32,000 nt of DNA from an uncultured archaeon (GTDB taxonomy: Archaea; Asgardarchaeota; Thorarchaeia; Thorarchaeales; CAZPUN01), in assembly GCA_964589775.1 (NCBI GenBank), contig CAZPUN010000021.1, positions 90,001-122,000 of the forward strand. Direction: 5' to 3'. Below the pieces are notes generated by a model. The model searched no databases and had not been told where the DNA came from. It saw only the letters and a program-made list of their open reading frames with translations. The translations under genes were made by a program, and so were the position numbers. The stretch's first letter is position 1, and every line of letters starts with the position of its first letter. Positions 1-9,082 of this stretch are shown one piece after another.

Positions 1-612
1 TATGCATACAAGACTGGACTTCTTGATGATAATGTCTTAGTTGTTCATGGTGTTTGGGCTGATGATCAATCTATACAAGCGATTGCAAAATCAAATGCAA
101 AATATTCTCACAATCCCGTGAGTAATTGTTATCTTGCATCTGGGATTGCGCCTCTCAAAAAGTATCTAGATGCAGGTATCATGTCCGGTCTTGCGACTGA
201 TGGTGCCGCAAGCAATAATACTTTGGATATGTTTGAAGTTATCAGATTAACTGGTTTAATTCACAAAGGTTACAATCGAAATCCGAAAGAAATAACTTCT
301 GAGCAGATATTACGTATGGCTACTATCAATGGTGCTAGAGCTATATTAATGGATAATATTGGCTCAATTGAAATAGGTAAGAAGGCGGACCTTATAATCA
401 TCGACGGTAAAAGTCCAAATATTCTCCCCATTCATAATTTAATATCTAACATTGTATATGCTTTTGGAAGAACACAAGTAAAAACATCAATAATTAATGG
501 ACGAATTGTTATGGAGAATGGTAAAATTTTGCATTTGAACGAATCTGAGATAATTGAAAAATTATATAAAATCACAAAGAAATTAAGTGATGATTTGAGT
601 ATGAATACCTAA
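1..612 (+). CDS. Amidohydrolase, MTA/SAH deaminase (MtaD/SsnA-like) family; 5' end outside the window
   Basis: Frame open from base 1: VHGVW, SHNPVSNCYLASG, GLATDGAASNNTLDMF, ATINGARA and GSIEIGKKADLIII are typical C-terminal amidohydrolase motifs. Confidence 0.9.
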   Translation, partial: YAYKTGLLDDNVLVVHGVWADDQSIQAIAKSNAKYSHNPVSNCYLASGIAPLKKYLDAGIMSGLATDGAASNNTLDMFEVIRLTGLIHKGYNRNPKEITSEQILRMATINGARAILMDNIGSIEIGKKADLIIIDGKSPNILPIHNLISNIVYAFGRTQVKTSIINGRIVMENGKILHLNESEIIEKLYKITKKLSDDLSMNT

Positions 613-640
613 ATTTTTTTTTACTCCTTTTGTATTTTCT
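613..640 (+). terminator. Probable archaeal T-rich terminator
   Basis: T9 run and further T tracts right after the stop codon, between convergent genes. Confidence 0.4.
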
Positions 641-666
641 AATTGAATATGGTATGATTTATCGAA

Positions 667-1347
667 TTAATGAATGTTCTTTATAATATTTGAAATCTGT
701 TGAAGAATGTCGCTATCCTCTGAAATTTTGAATGCGTTATACGTTTCGGATTCTGCATCGTATAAGTACGTGAAATTTACAATATGTTCTTTCATGATTT
801 TTAATGTATGTGGATCAAGCACTTCATTTACGTCTTTATTGTTCTCATCGGTAATTATGAAAATGAAATCTGAACCCTCGATGATCGATTTATCCTGAAA
901 CGCGTCTTTCATAATTATCCAGAATGTAATTGAAATATTATCATGATTTGGAATAGATGTTAATTCTGCTAATTGAACACTTTTCATTGCTTTATCCGCA
1001 AATGACTTCGGGAATCCTATTTTTTCCAAGAAGAATTTTAATGCTTCATATGATGTTGAAATTAAAATTACCTTTAATCGTATGTCCTCCATATTATATT
1101 CATCTGCAGTGACCTGTTTTTCTTTGATTTCTGGTGGTTCTTGCATATTTAGATACATTCGAATTATTGATTCTATTTTTGCAGTGGATTCTTGAACATC
1201 ATGTTCAGAGAGTATATCAATTATGGAGGATATTATGTTCTTTACCGTTTCTTTGGTTAATTCCTTAGAAAATAGTATGTTCTCTCCTTTAGATAGACTT
1301 ACAAATCCGTTTGAATAATTTAATTCATATCCTTCTTTAAGCTTCAA
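667..1347 (-). CDS. Hypothetical protein: N-terminal domain plus highly degenerate small-GTPase-like fold; probable paralogue of 14881..16578
   Basis: GGAGG precedes TTG at 1347. IRLKVILIS, ITFW and EGSDFIFIITD follow the beta1/beta3/beta4 pattern of Ras-like folds and align almost without gaps to the 14881..16578 product. Confidence 0.6.
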   Translation of the reverse strand: MKLKEGYELNYSNGFVSLSKGENILFSKELTKETVKNIISSIIDILSEHDVQESTAKIESIIRMYLNMQEPPEIKEKQVTADEYNMEDIRLKVILISTSYEALKFFLEKIGFPKSFADKAMKSVQLAELTSIPNHDNISITFWIIMKDAFQDKSIIEGSDFIFIITDENNKDVNEVLDPHTLKIMKEHIVNFTYLYDAESETYNAFKISEDSDILQQISNIIKNIH

Positions 1348-1416
1348 GATATATCCTCCAAACAATATAATAAATAAAAATAACAAATTCATATTTATAA
1401 CTTATTCTGGTCTTGA

Positions 1417-1821
1417 CTAGCTGATTCTTTTGATATATTGTAGCATTAAGACAATAATTATTATCGCAAGAATTAATGTTGAATAGATTAATGACTCATA
1501 GCTAATCGAAAATAGATCAATGAGTACAAACATTCCCGCTTGAGCAAAAACACTAATTAAAAATCCCAAAAACATAGTGAGATATAATTGATATTGTGGG
1601 ACATATCCTTTTGGATATATGCTATCCTCTGGGCGATTCATTGAATTTCGAATTAGTCTCTGTTTATTGTATCTCAAGAATAGAAATGATATTATTAATG
1701 TTGAAAATGCATAAGATATAAATGCGGCAGCATGGTTTATTATATAGAATATTCCGCCTGCTACTACTATTAAAAGAGCCATGAATAAACTGATAGTATT
1801 TAATAGACCCTCATTATTCAT
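1417..1821 (-). CDS. Small membrane protein (about 4 TM), unknown function
   Basis: Four hydrophobic segments; GGTGA upstream of the ATG. Confidence 0.7.
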   Translation of the reverse strand: MNNEGLLNTISLFMALLIVVAGGIFYIINHAAAFISYAFSTLIISFLFLRYNKQRLIRNSMNRPEDSIYPKGYVPQYQLYLTMFLGFLISVFAQAGMFVLIDLFSISYESLIYSTLILAIIIIVLMLQYIKRIS

Positions 1822-1904
1822 TAATAATCACCATTGTTCCTTGCATGTCCTATTTCTAAACTCTTTTATAAAGGCTTTGTTTATTATAATTGTGGAGGTA
1901 TATT

Positions 1905-3083
1905 ATGAGCGAGAGTGACTTTTCAAAGGTATATTTTGCTGACCGAAATGCAAAAGCAAAGTATTCAATGCTCGATAAAATTGACCGCTTATGGAAAAAA
2001 TTAGGTCTTGATAAAGCTATTAAGCCCGAAATGCGAGTATTAATTAAGACTCATTTTGGTGCTAGCGGAAATACGAACTATATTCGTCCTGCATTCATAC
2101 GGCATGTCGTAGATCTTGTGAAGCAAAATGGTGCATATCCTGCTGTTGCTGAATCTACAGGGCTAGGATATGGGCGATGGGGCGATTATGGTGGCCGTTC
2201 GCTTGCTACGGATTACATTGAAATGGCAGCATCTAATGGTTTTTCGATTGGTACAGTTGGTGCTCCGATCATTATGATCGACGGATATTGGGGTACTGAT
2301 TCCTTTGAAGTTAAAATTGATGGAAATTATTTAGACAGTGTTCATGTTGCAATGGCTTTGAAGGGATTCGACATTATTATAATGATGACACATGCGAAGG
2401 GTCACGGAGCAACCGGATTTGGTGGTACTCTCAAAAACTTAGGAATCGGTTGTGTTGCAAAGCAAAGTAAAGGTCTTATGCACAGTGAAGGCGATATTGC
2501 GGTGAATCCTAAAAAATGCAAGCCTTCGGAATGTGGTGCTCCATGCCTTTCTGTTTGTCCTCATGATTGTATTTCAATCGATAAAGTTGCAAAAATAAAC
2601 ACTCAATGTTGTACATTGTGTTTGCATTGTAAATCCGTTTGTACTCATAAGGCTCTAAATGCAATTACACTGACCTGGAGTAAATCTGAAGATGCAACTA
2701 AGAAAATGGTCGAAAATGCACTTGGCGTGCTCAAGGGTGTTGGTGCCGATAAATTCTATTACTTCAATCTTGCTTTAGATATTTCCGAAATATGCGATTG
2801 TGCATCTTACGGTCCTGCACCAATTGTTCCAGATATTGGAATCTTTGCATCGCGAGACCCTGTTGCAATAGACAAAGCAGTATTGGATAAAATTAATGAA
2901 TTTCCACCTATTCAGCAATCAAACTTAGCAGGAATAAAAGACGGAATGGATAAACTGGAATATGTTTATGACAAGATTTTTCCGAAAGAAGAATTCAAAC
3001 ACATAAATCACATTATTCAAATCGAGTATGCCGAAAAATTAGGCTTAGGTACTCAAAAATACAAAATTGAACAGGTAGATTAA
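1905..3083 (+). CDS. DUF362 family Fe-S protein with internal ferredoxin-like domain
   Basis: IKTHFGxxGN, THAKGHxxTGFGGTLKNLGIGC, CDC and DIGIFASRDPVAIDKA motifs, plus Cys clusters CxxxxCxxxCxxxCP and CxxCxxCxxxC. GGAGG precedes ATG 1905. Confidence 0.9.
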   Translation: MSESDFSKVYFADRNAKAKYSMLDKIDRLWKKLGLDKAIKPEMRVLIKTHFGASGNTNYIRPAFIRHVVDLVKQNGAYPAVAESTGLGYGRWGDYGGRSLATDYIEMAASNGFSIGTVGAPIIMIDGYWGTDSFEVKIDGNYLDSVHVAMALKGFDIIIMMTHAKGHGATGFGGTLKNLGIGCVAKQSKGLMHSEGDIAVNPKKCKPSECGAPCLSVCPHDCISIDKVAKINTQCCTLCLHCKSVCTHKALNAITLTWSKSEDATKKMVENALGVLKGVGADKFYYFNLALDISEICDCASYGPAPIVPDIGIFASRDPVAIDKAVLDKINEFPPIQQSNLAGIKDGMDKLEYVYDKIFPKEEFKHINHIIQIEYAEKLGLGTQKYKIEQVD

Positions 3084-3200
3084 TTTATATCTTTTATTAT
3101 TTTATTTTTCATACTACAAAAGATAATTTTTTTAGATATTTCCCAAAATTTTTTATATAATCATAAGATATATGTATCAAAACAAACATTGGTGATATCA

Positions 3201-3587
3201 ATGCGAATTGCAATACCTTCAGCAGATCCAAATGGATTAGACGGTTATATCGCAGACCATTTTGGTCGAGCAGAATATTATACTTTTATTGATTTAGAAG
3301 ACAAGGAAATTAAAGATGTAAAAGTTGTTAAGACTCCTTTCGTTGAACATGGTCCTGGAGATATTCCCAAATTTGTTCAACAGAATGGGGGAAACCTTGT
3401 TATTGCACGTGGTATGGGTCATCGTGCTATTGAATTCTTCCAGCAATTGGGTATTGATGTTATTACAGGGGCCCAAGGAAAAATAAAAGATGTGATGGAT
3501 CTTTTCATCAAAGAATTATTGAAAAATGATGATTCATGGCGAAACGAATCACAATATCAACAACACAACCATGAGCATGGTGTCTAA
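3201..3587 (+). CDS. NifB/NifX (dinitrogenase Fe-Mo cofactor-binding) family protein with His-rich tail
   Basis: MRIAIP, HFGRAEYY and GMGHRA motifs; C-terminal QHNHEH; GGTGA upstream. Confidence 0.88.
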   Translation: MRIAIPSADPNGLDGYIADHFGRAEYYTFIDLEDKEIKDVKVVKTPFVEHGPGDIPKFVQQNGGNLVIARGMGHRAIEFFQQLGIDVITGAQGKIKDVMDLFIKELLKNDDSWRNESQYQQHNHEHGV

Positions 3588-4466
3588 TTATACGACCTTA
3601 CGCGGGGAGTAATCTACTTTTACTTCCTCTCCTTTTTGTATATATGCAATTGCCATGATATTTGTATTGTGTGCAAAACCTATTCTACCCCAATGGTCTA
3701 ATACTATGACTCCTGCTGGTCCGTTGACACGCTCCGTAAGATACTTTATTGATGCCTCGGCAGCTAACTCTGGAGTCATTCCCTGTTCTACTAGTAGAGT
3801 TGCTGTTCTTGAAAGTAGTACTTTTGCAATTACTTCACCAACACCGGTTGCCGCAGCACCTGCAATTGGAGTAGCATATCCGCCACTTCCGATCATCGGA
3901 GTATCGCCAACTCTTCCGACCATTTTCTTTCTTGTTCCGCCTGTGGAGCCACCTACTGCAACGTTCCCATTTATATCGACTGCAACAGCTCCTACTGTAT
4001 CCCCAGAATCATTTGTATTGGTTTTTTCTGGTTGTTTCAGATCTGTTCTGGGCCTATAACCTTCATTTACCATTTTTTCGTATAGGTCATTTGCGCCATC
4101 TGCAGAAAATGCAACATGTGGTGTTTTTTCCATAATGTATCGTGCTAGAGAAATTGGGTTTCGTGTCTTAGTAACAGACATAACAGCTCCAAAGTCTAAT
4201 GTTGTACCATCCATTATTAGTGCATCTAATTCTTGGAATCCTTTTTCGTTTAATACCGAGCCAATTCCTGCATTAACCTTCCCGGAATCTTCAAAAACTA
4301 TTATTGCCTTCTCAACGGCATCTAATGCTGAGCCACCATTTTTCAAAATTTCAAATCCTGCTTCAGCAGCTTCTTTCACAATTTTTAGTGCTTCTTCTTT
4401 AGGCTTGGAACTTTTGTTACCCGCTCCACCATGGACAATTATAGCCGGGATTTTTATCTCTGTCAT
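3588..4466 (-). CDS. iaaA: Isoaspartyl peptidase/L-asparaginase (Ntn hydrolase, plant-type)
   Basis: IIVHGGAG, NAGIGS, D-TVGAVA autocleavage site with Thr nucleophile, STGG, GRVGDTP and TGVGE motifs. Confidence 0.92.
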   Translation of the reverse strand: MTEIKIPAIIVHGGAGNKSSKPKEEALKIVKEAAEAGFEILKNGGSALDAVEKAIIVFEDSGKVNAGIGSVLNEKGFQELDALIMDGTTLDFGAVMSVTKTRNPISLARYIMEKTPHVAFSADGANDLYEKMVNEGYRPRTDLKQPEKTNTNDSGDTVGAVAVDINGNVAVGGSTGGTRKKMVGRVGDTPMIGSGGYATPIAGAAATGVGEVIAKVLLSRTATLLVEQGMTPELAAEASIKYLTERVNGPAGVIVLDHWGRIGFAHNTNIMAIAYIQKGEEVKVDYSPRKVV

Positions 4467-4479
4467 ATTTATCTCCTCT

Positions 4480-5463
4480 TCAATCAGTGTACTCCGCCAA
4501 GCGTACTATGTTTTCCCTCCCTCTTTTATCTCTTCTTATATGCCCTTTTTCTTCCAAGTCTGATAAAATTAAACTTATTCGCGCTTGGCTCATATTTAAA
4601 TCGATATAGATATTTTTCTGTGGCGCGATCCCTCCCTTTTTCTGAAGGTATTTTATTATTTTCTTCTCATCGCGTGTTAGTCTAGTTGTGACTTTGTGCT
4701 TGATCCTAATTCGTGAAATAATCTTTGGTACTATTTTTGATAATAATAAACCAATCAAAACGCCTGCAATCAAAAATACAATCAATTCAATAATATTGTC
4801 TGATACAATTATGAATTGTTCATTTTCCTGATAAAAAATTACAAATAGGCTTTCCTGCCCTGGGAGAACTCTTGCGCGTTCCCATCTAAAATTAATTCGT
4901 AATCCATCTGTATAGTTATTCGTTGGTTGAGGATAAATCGGCTGAGATATATTATCATTCAAGTATGCCGCTTTTGGTAATGCTACATTAAGTGAGTAAT
5001 TTAAAATCGGATATGTTGGTCTCATGTAATATATGAAAATATATGATTGTTGATTATCTTCCTGATCTATGTTTTGTAGAGATGTTAGATCTGATGATAT
5101 ATAGTTGATTTGTATTGCGATATTTTCGCCTATTGCTATTGGTTCGTTGAACATAATTTTCAATTCAGTTCCCAATGATGATATTGTTTTCGAAAATGAA
5201 CTGATTTCTTTCTCTGAATTTATCGTGATGTTTGATGCAAGTATTGTATTTAATCTAATGTTTATTGAATCGATGCCTGATGTTCCATTATTAACAATAG
5301 TGAATTTCGTAGAAATATCGGCTGTTCCATCTATGTTAATTTGAATATTATCCTGAAAGTTCTTCATGAATATATTGTAGCTGTCCTGTGCATATGCTGG
5401 ACATACATTGCTGGATAACAACAACAGGCTCAGTGTAATATAGATTAATGCCGTTTTATTCAT
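4480..5463 (-). CDS. Membrane-anchored protein: signal peptide, extracellular beta domain, one TM, C-terminal winged HTH (COG2512-like)
   Basis: Signal peptide ending AYA-Q; TM IIELIVFLIAGVLIGLLL; LTRDEKKII...QKNI...SQARISLILSDLEEKGHIRRDKRGRENIV wHTH; GGTGG before ATG 5463. Confidence 0.82.
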   Translation of the reverse strand: MNKTALIYITLSLLLLSSNVCPAYAQDSYNIFMKNFQDNIQINIDGTADISTKFTIVNNGTSGIDSINIRLNTILASNITINSEKEISSFSKTISSLGTELKIMFNEPIAIGENIAIQINYISSDLTSLQNIDQEDNQQSYIFIYYMRPTYPILNYSLNVALPKAAYLNDNISQPIYPQPTNNYTDGLRINFRWERARVLPGQESLFVIFYQENEQFIIVSDNIIELIVFLIAGVLIGLLLSKIVPKIISRIRIKHKVTTRLTRDEKKIIKYLQKKGGIAPQKNIYIDLNMSQARISLILSDLEEKGHIRRDKRGRENIVRLAEYTD

Positions 5464-5600
5464 CAGATTGCCCACCATGTTCAATTTAAGTGTTTTATTA
5501 TAATAACCTTCAAATTAAGCATTTTCCTGAAGTACATCTTGCATAGAATAGATATTTTTATTTATGCTTTTATAATCTTTAGATTTGTCGGTGAAAACAA

Positions 5601-6782
5601 ATGTATGATGCAGCAATTATTGGAAGTGGTCTTGGCGGTCTGTTAACAGGTGCCATGTTAGCGAAAGAAGGTAAGAGTGTATATATTGCTGAAAAATTAA
5701 ATTTTTATGGTGGGCGTTGTACCGCATTTGAGTACAAAGGGTACCAAATCCCAACTGGCGCAATTCACATGATTCCTTTTTCTCGGGGGCCCATGAAACA
5801 AGTTATCTTAGATCGGTTGAATATTGATATAGAATTCATAGATGGTGGTCGTGCATATGTTGTACATGAAGATGGGACTCCTGAAGAACTCACTGGAAAT
5901 TACACTGCAAAGCTATTTCTGAAAGCTAGTTTAGGCGATAAACTTGCAAAACAATATATGGACTCATTCTATGAATTCGCATTAGGAATTCGAAGCAGCG
6001 AATTTTCATATGTTGAAAAATTAAATTATATCCGGATGATTAAGAAATATGGTCATCCCCGAACACCTCAAGGTGGTTTTGGAAATCTTATTAAAAAGCT
6101 TGTCAAATTTATCAAAGACCATGGTGGTGAAATGCACTTATCTACACGTGCAATTGATGTCTTGGTTGATGGTAATGTTGCAAATGGAATACTTGTTTAT
6201 CGTTTAGGCAATACTGAAATAATCAAGGCACGTAATGTTATTTCGAATATTGGACCACGATTAACCGCTGAACTATTAGGCAAAAAACGATATTTGTTGG
6301 GTAAGCAATTTATTGAAAAATTAAAGGAACATAAGACAGTTCCTGGAATTAAGATTGCAGTTGGTTGTGATCATCAAGTAAATCCTGGTCCTGTAACTTT
6401 AACTCCATTTCTAAAGCGCGTGAGTGGTTTTTCAGAGCCTACAATTGCAGATCCTTCACTTGCGCCCGAAGGAAAGCATCTTATTTTGAGTCATCAAGAA
6501 ATTAGATCTTCAGATATTAACCATGAAATAGAATTAGGAGTACAGGATATTAAATCATATATCAAAGACTTTGATGAAAGTTGTGAAATAATTAGTGTTC
6601 ATTCATATTTAAACGATCATCCTGTAAATCATTCACCACAAGGAAATGATTTCAGTCAATTCACAAAAATCAAGCATTTCTATTTAGTTGGTGATGGTGT
6701 AAAGCCTTCTGGGCTTCTTATGACAGAAGGAGTGGCAGAATCTGCAAGAATAGTTGCTGATCACATATTGGAGGGTAAATAA
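5601..6782 (+). CDS. FAD-dependent oxidoreductase, phytoene desaturase/CrtI-like (COG1233)
   Basis: IIGSGLGGL dinucleotide-binding motif, EKxxxxGGR, TGAIHMIP, PQGGFG and YLVGDG. Confidence 0.85.
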   Translation: MYDAAIIGSGLGGLLTGAMLAKEGKSVYIAEKLNFYGGRCTAFEYKGYQIPTGAIHMIPFSRGPMKQVILDRLNIDIEFIDGGRAYVVHEDGTPEELTGNYTAKLFLKASLGDKLAKQYMDSFYEFALGIRSSEFSYVEKLNYIRMIKKYGHPRTPQGGFGNLIKKLVKFIKDHGGEMHLSTRAIDVLVDGNVANGILVYRLGNTEIIKARNVISNIGPRLTAELLGKKRYLLGKQFIEKLKEHKTVPGIKIAVGCDHQVNPGPVTLTPFLKRVSGFSEPTIADPSLAPEGKHLILSHQEIRSSDINHEIELGVQDIKSYIKDFDESCEIISVHSYLNDHPVNHSPQGNDFSQFTKIKHFYLVGDGVKPSGLLMTEGVAESARIVADHILEGK

Positions 6783-6961
6783 TGGCAACACTGCAAGTTA
6801 ATGAGGAACTCTGCGTAGGATGCGGCAATTGTCTTTTAATTTGTCCCCATGATGGTATGAATGTATGGGGCAAAGCAAAACCAAATGAAAAGTGTACTGA
6901 TTGTAGATTATGCGAACGCGCTTGTCCTATGGATGCGATATCTTTTCCTGAGAAAAAGTAA
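6782..6961 (+). CDS. 2[4Fe-4S] ferredoxin, 59 aa (absent from the ORF track)
   Basis: Hand translation MATLQVNEELCVGCGNCLLICPHDGMNVWGKAKPNEKCTDCRLCERACPMDAISFPEKK has two CxxCxxCxxxCP motifs. The ATG overlaps the upstream stop (TAATG), with GGAGG upstream. Confidence 0.93.
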   Translation: MATLQVNEELCVGCGNCLLICPHDGMNVWGKAKPNEKCTDCRLCERACPMDAISFPEKK

Positions 6962-6991
6962 TTTTCTCTCTATTTTTTTTAATAAAAAAAA
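6962..6991. terminator. Probable bidirectional T-rich terminator
   Basis: T8 run followed by an A8 run between convergent genes. Confidence 0.45.
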
Positions 6992-7006
6992 GGAATGGAG
7001 GAGTAA

Positions 7007-8482
7007 TTATTTAGAAACCCATGATTTAATATTGAATATTAATGCTAGACCAATCAAGCCAAATGGAATGAGTGAATACGGCATATAATCTTGTATTGCA
7101 CTCTGGACAAGTCCAGGAAGATTTGGCTGAACATTAATTTCCTGAAGTGGTGTCCATTTATAGTATGTATCTCCCGCATAATCGTATCTTAGAATTGGGC
7201 TATTCAAAATGTATGTTCCCTCTGTTTCGAAATGAAGTTGGTATGTGATCGTAATTGATTCGCCAGGATTTAATGTAGAGACAGTCTTAGATAGGTTTCC
7301 ATCACCAATTATTGAAACTGATGTGTAATTTCCAAGTCCCAGAACTTTTGATTCATCAAGTAATACATTTGTTATAGGTTCTGTTCCATTGTTTGTCGCG
7401 GTGACAGTTACTGATACAGTACCACCGGAATTGATTGTTTCTGGAGATACTACGCGTGTTAGTGTAATTAATGGTGGATAATTTCCTTCAAAGTATATTC
7501 TATAGCTGTTTACAGCACTGCCGTAATCTGTAAGATTGAATACTGCAAATCTTTGATCAATGATCCTTGAATATGATGGATAATCTGTTGAAGTAATATT
7601 TGAAGTCATTGTGAATCCAACTACAAAGGATTTTGCAGTTGTTGACGGTACCAGAGAAGACATACCTGCTACTTCTGCAATGTCTAGCGAGTGATTACCA
7701 GTTCCCTGTACAACTTGTGTCTTAAGATATCCAAGAGCGCCTACTGACAGTATTTGAGTACCAAACTTTGCAATTAACATAACTGCAACGGAATCAGAAG
7801 CTTCTGAATAGTCATTAAGATTGAAATTACTTGCTAATCCAGGAGTTGGAAATGTACCAATAATTCCTTGAGCAAGCTGTGTATATGTGGATCTAATTGC
7901 ATATATTGCGACGAACAGAGCGATATTATCTATTTCTATATAAATATCCTTAGCGTGTTGGATAGAAATTCCAAGTGTTTGTGAGAATGAATTTGCAACT
8001 GTAGATGATCTGGTTTCGCCTTGAGATTTTGAAACGTTTGTATATACTATAATAAGGCTGTTTGTGAGCAGGTTAATCAATTGCCCAAGTTTCTGAGACA
8101 TCTCTCCCATGGTTTCATTACCCATTAATTCCATTAATAGATGGGAGACTAAAGTTCCATGTATGTTTAGTATTGCGGCTCCTAAGAATCCCTCGTATTC
8201 TGGATTCTCAAAGTTAAATCCGGAAATATCTAATCCTAGTTCTGCTAATACTACTACTGGAGATCCATCTGGTATAATTCCTACACCTAATAATTCACCA
8301 CGTATTTCTGAAATGTTAATATCTGGGAAATCCTCAGCGAAAATGCTATGAGATAGTGTAGCAATTTGTGTATTTGTAGTCGGGGATGCGGCACTTACAG
8401 GCTGAATTACTCCCATCGGTATTGCCGAGAAGGCTAATACCATTATTAGTATAAATCCAAAGGTCGTGCGTGCTATTTTCAT
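7007..8482 (-). CDS. Secreted, C-terminally membrane-anchored surface protein with a CARDB/BatD-like Ig domain
   Basis: Signal peptide; VSVTVTATNNGTEPITNV...TLNPGESITITY Ig-like motif; C-terminal TM; several N-x-S/T sequons. Confidence 0.75.
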   Translation of the reverse strand: MKIARTTFGFILIMVLAFSAIPMGVIQPVSAASPTTNTQIATLSHSIFAEDFPDINISEIRGELLGVGIIPDGSPVVVLAELGLDISGFNFENPEYEGFLGAAILNIHGTLVSHLLMELMGNETMGEMSQKLGQLINLLTNSLIIVYTNVSKSQGETRSSTVANSFSQTLGISIQHAKDIYIEIDNIALFVAIYAIRSTYTQLAQGIIGTFPTPGLASNFNLNDYSEASDSVAVMLIAKFGTQILSVGALGYLKTQVVQGTGNHSLDIAEVAGMSSLVPSTTAKSFVVGFTMTSNITSTDYPSYSRIIDQRFAVFNLTDYGSAVNSYRIYFEGNYPPLITLTRVVSPETINSGGTVSVTVTATNNGTEPITNVLLDESKVLGLGNYTSVSIIGDGNLSKTVSTLNPGESITITYQLHFETEGTYILNSPILRYDYAGDTYYKWTPLQEINVQPNLPGLVQSAIQDYMPYSLIPFGLIGLALIFNIKSWVSK

Positions 8483-8512
8483 TTACTTAATCACCTCAAT
8501 AATTATCTTAAT

Positions 8513-9082
8513 TTAGTCCTCCTTAGGTCTTATACTTGCACCTATAATTCCAGCAATGATTCCAATAATTAATGGAACTACTAACATTATGGCAATAGAT
8601 ACCAATAATGTTTGTAATCCTGTAGATGTACCTCCTGTACCACCAATAGTCAGGAATGCATCAACAACATTTCCAATTACAGGTGAAGCGAGGACTTCTG
8701 CGATTGAAAATCCTTCTGGAAATGGTGGTATGTTTGTTAGAGAAAATCCACCAGCTAATAGATACTTGAACAAGTTATAAGCTGAAAAGGCTAACAGTCC
8801 TAAGTTTGTTAGAAATGTTATGAATGCAACTGCAACTGCTCCTTTTTTAGTCCCTGCAATTAGTCCTCCGATGAATAATGCTCCTGCCCAGACACCTGCC
8901 ATTAATGGATATCCAATCGGATCAACAAAGATTGCATAAACTAAAACAAGTGTAGGCCTAAGATAATCATTAGTATATGGGGCTAGCCATTCCACTACCA
9001 TGTTGAAGCCTATAGGCAGTGTGTACCATGCGGCCGCTAATATTGTAAAATTAGCGATAAGCCATCCAAAAAGTTTGCTCAA
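8513..9082 (-). CDS. Multi-pass membrane protein, Gly-rich helices, unknown function
   Basis: About 4-5 hydrophobic segments; GAGGTGA before TTG; 30 bp upstream of the surface-protein gene. Confidence 0.75.
   Translation of the reverse strand: MSKLFGWLIANFTILAAAWYTLPIGFNMVVEWLAPYTNDYLRPTLVLVYAIFVDPIGYPLMAGVWAGALFIGGLIAGTKKGAVAVAFITFLTNLGLLAFSAYNLFKYLLAGGFSLTNIPPFPEGFSIAEVLASPVIGNVVDAFLTIGGTGGTSTGLQTLLVSIAIMLVVPLIIGIIAGIIGASIRPKED

Noticed and set aside
3201-3587. Nitrogen fixation locus
   Set aside because: NifX-like domains are widespread in non-diazotrophs, and no nifHDK or nifEN genes are present.
3655-4685. Several plus-strand ORFs antisense to the asparaginase and regulator genes (similar shadow ORFs occur throughout the window)
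   Set aside because: Overlap well-supported genes on the opposite strand and lack motifs of their own.
6861-7088. 75-aa ORF from the track
   Set aside because: Overlaps, in another frame, the clear ferredoxin at 6782-6961 and runs through the terminator.
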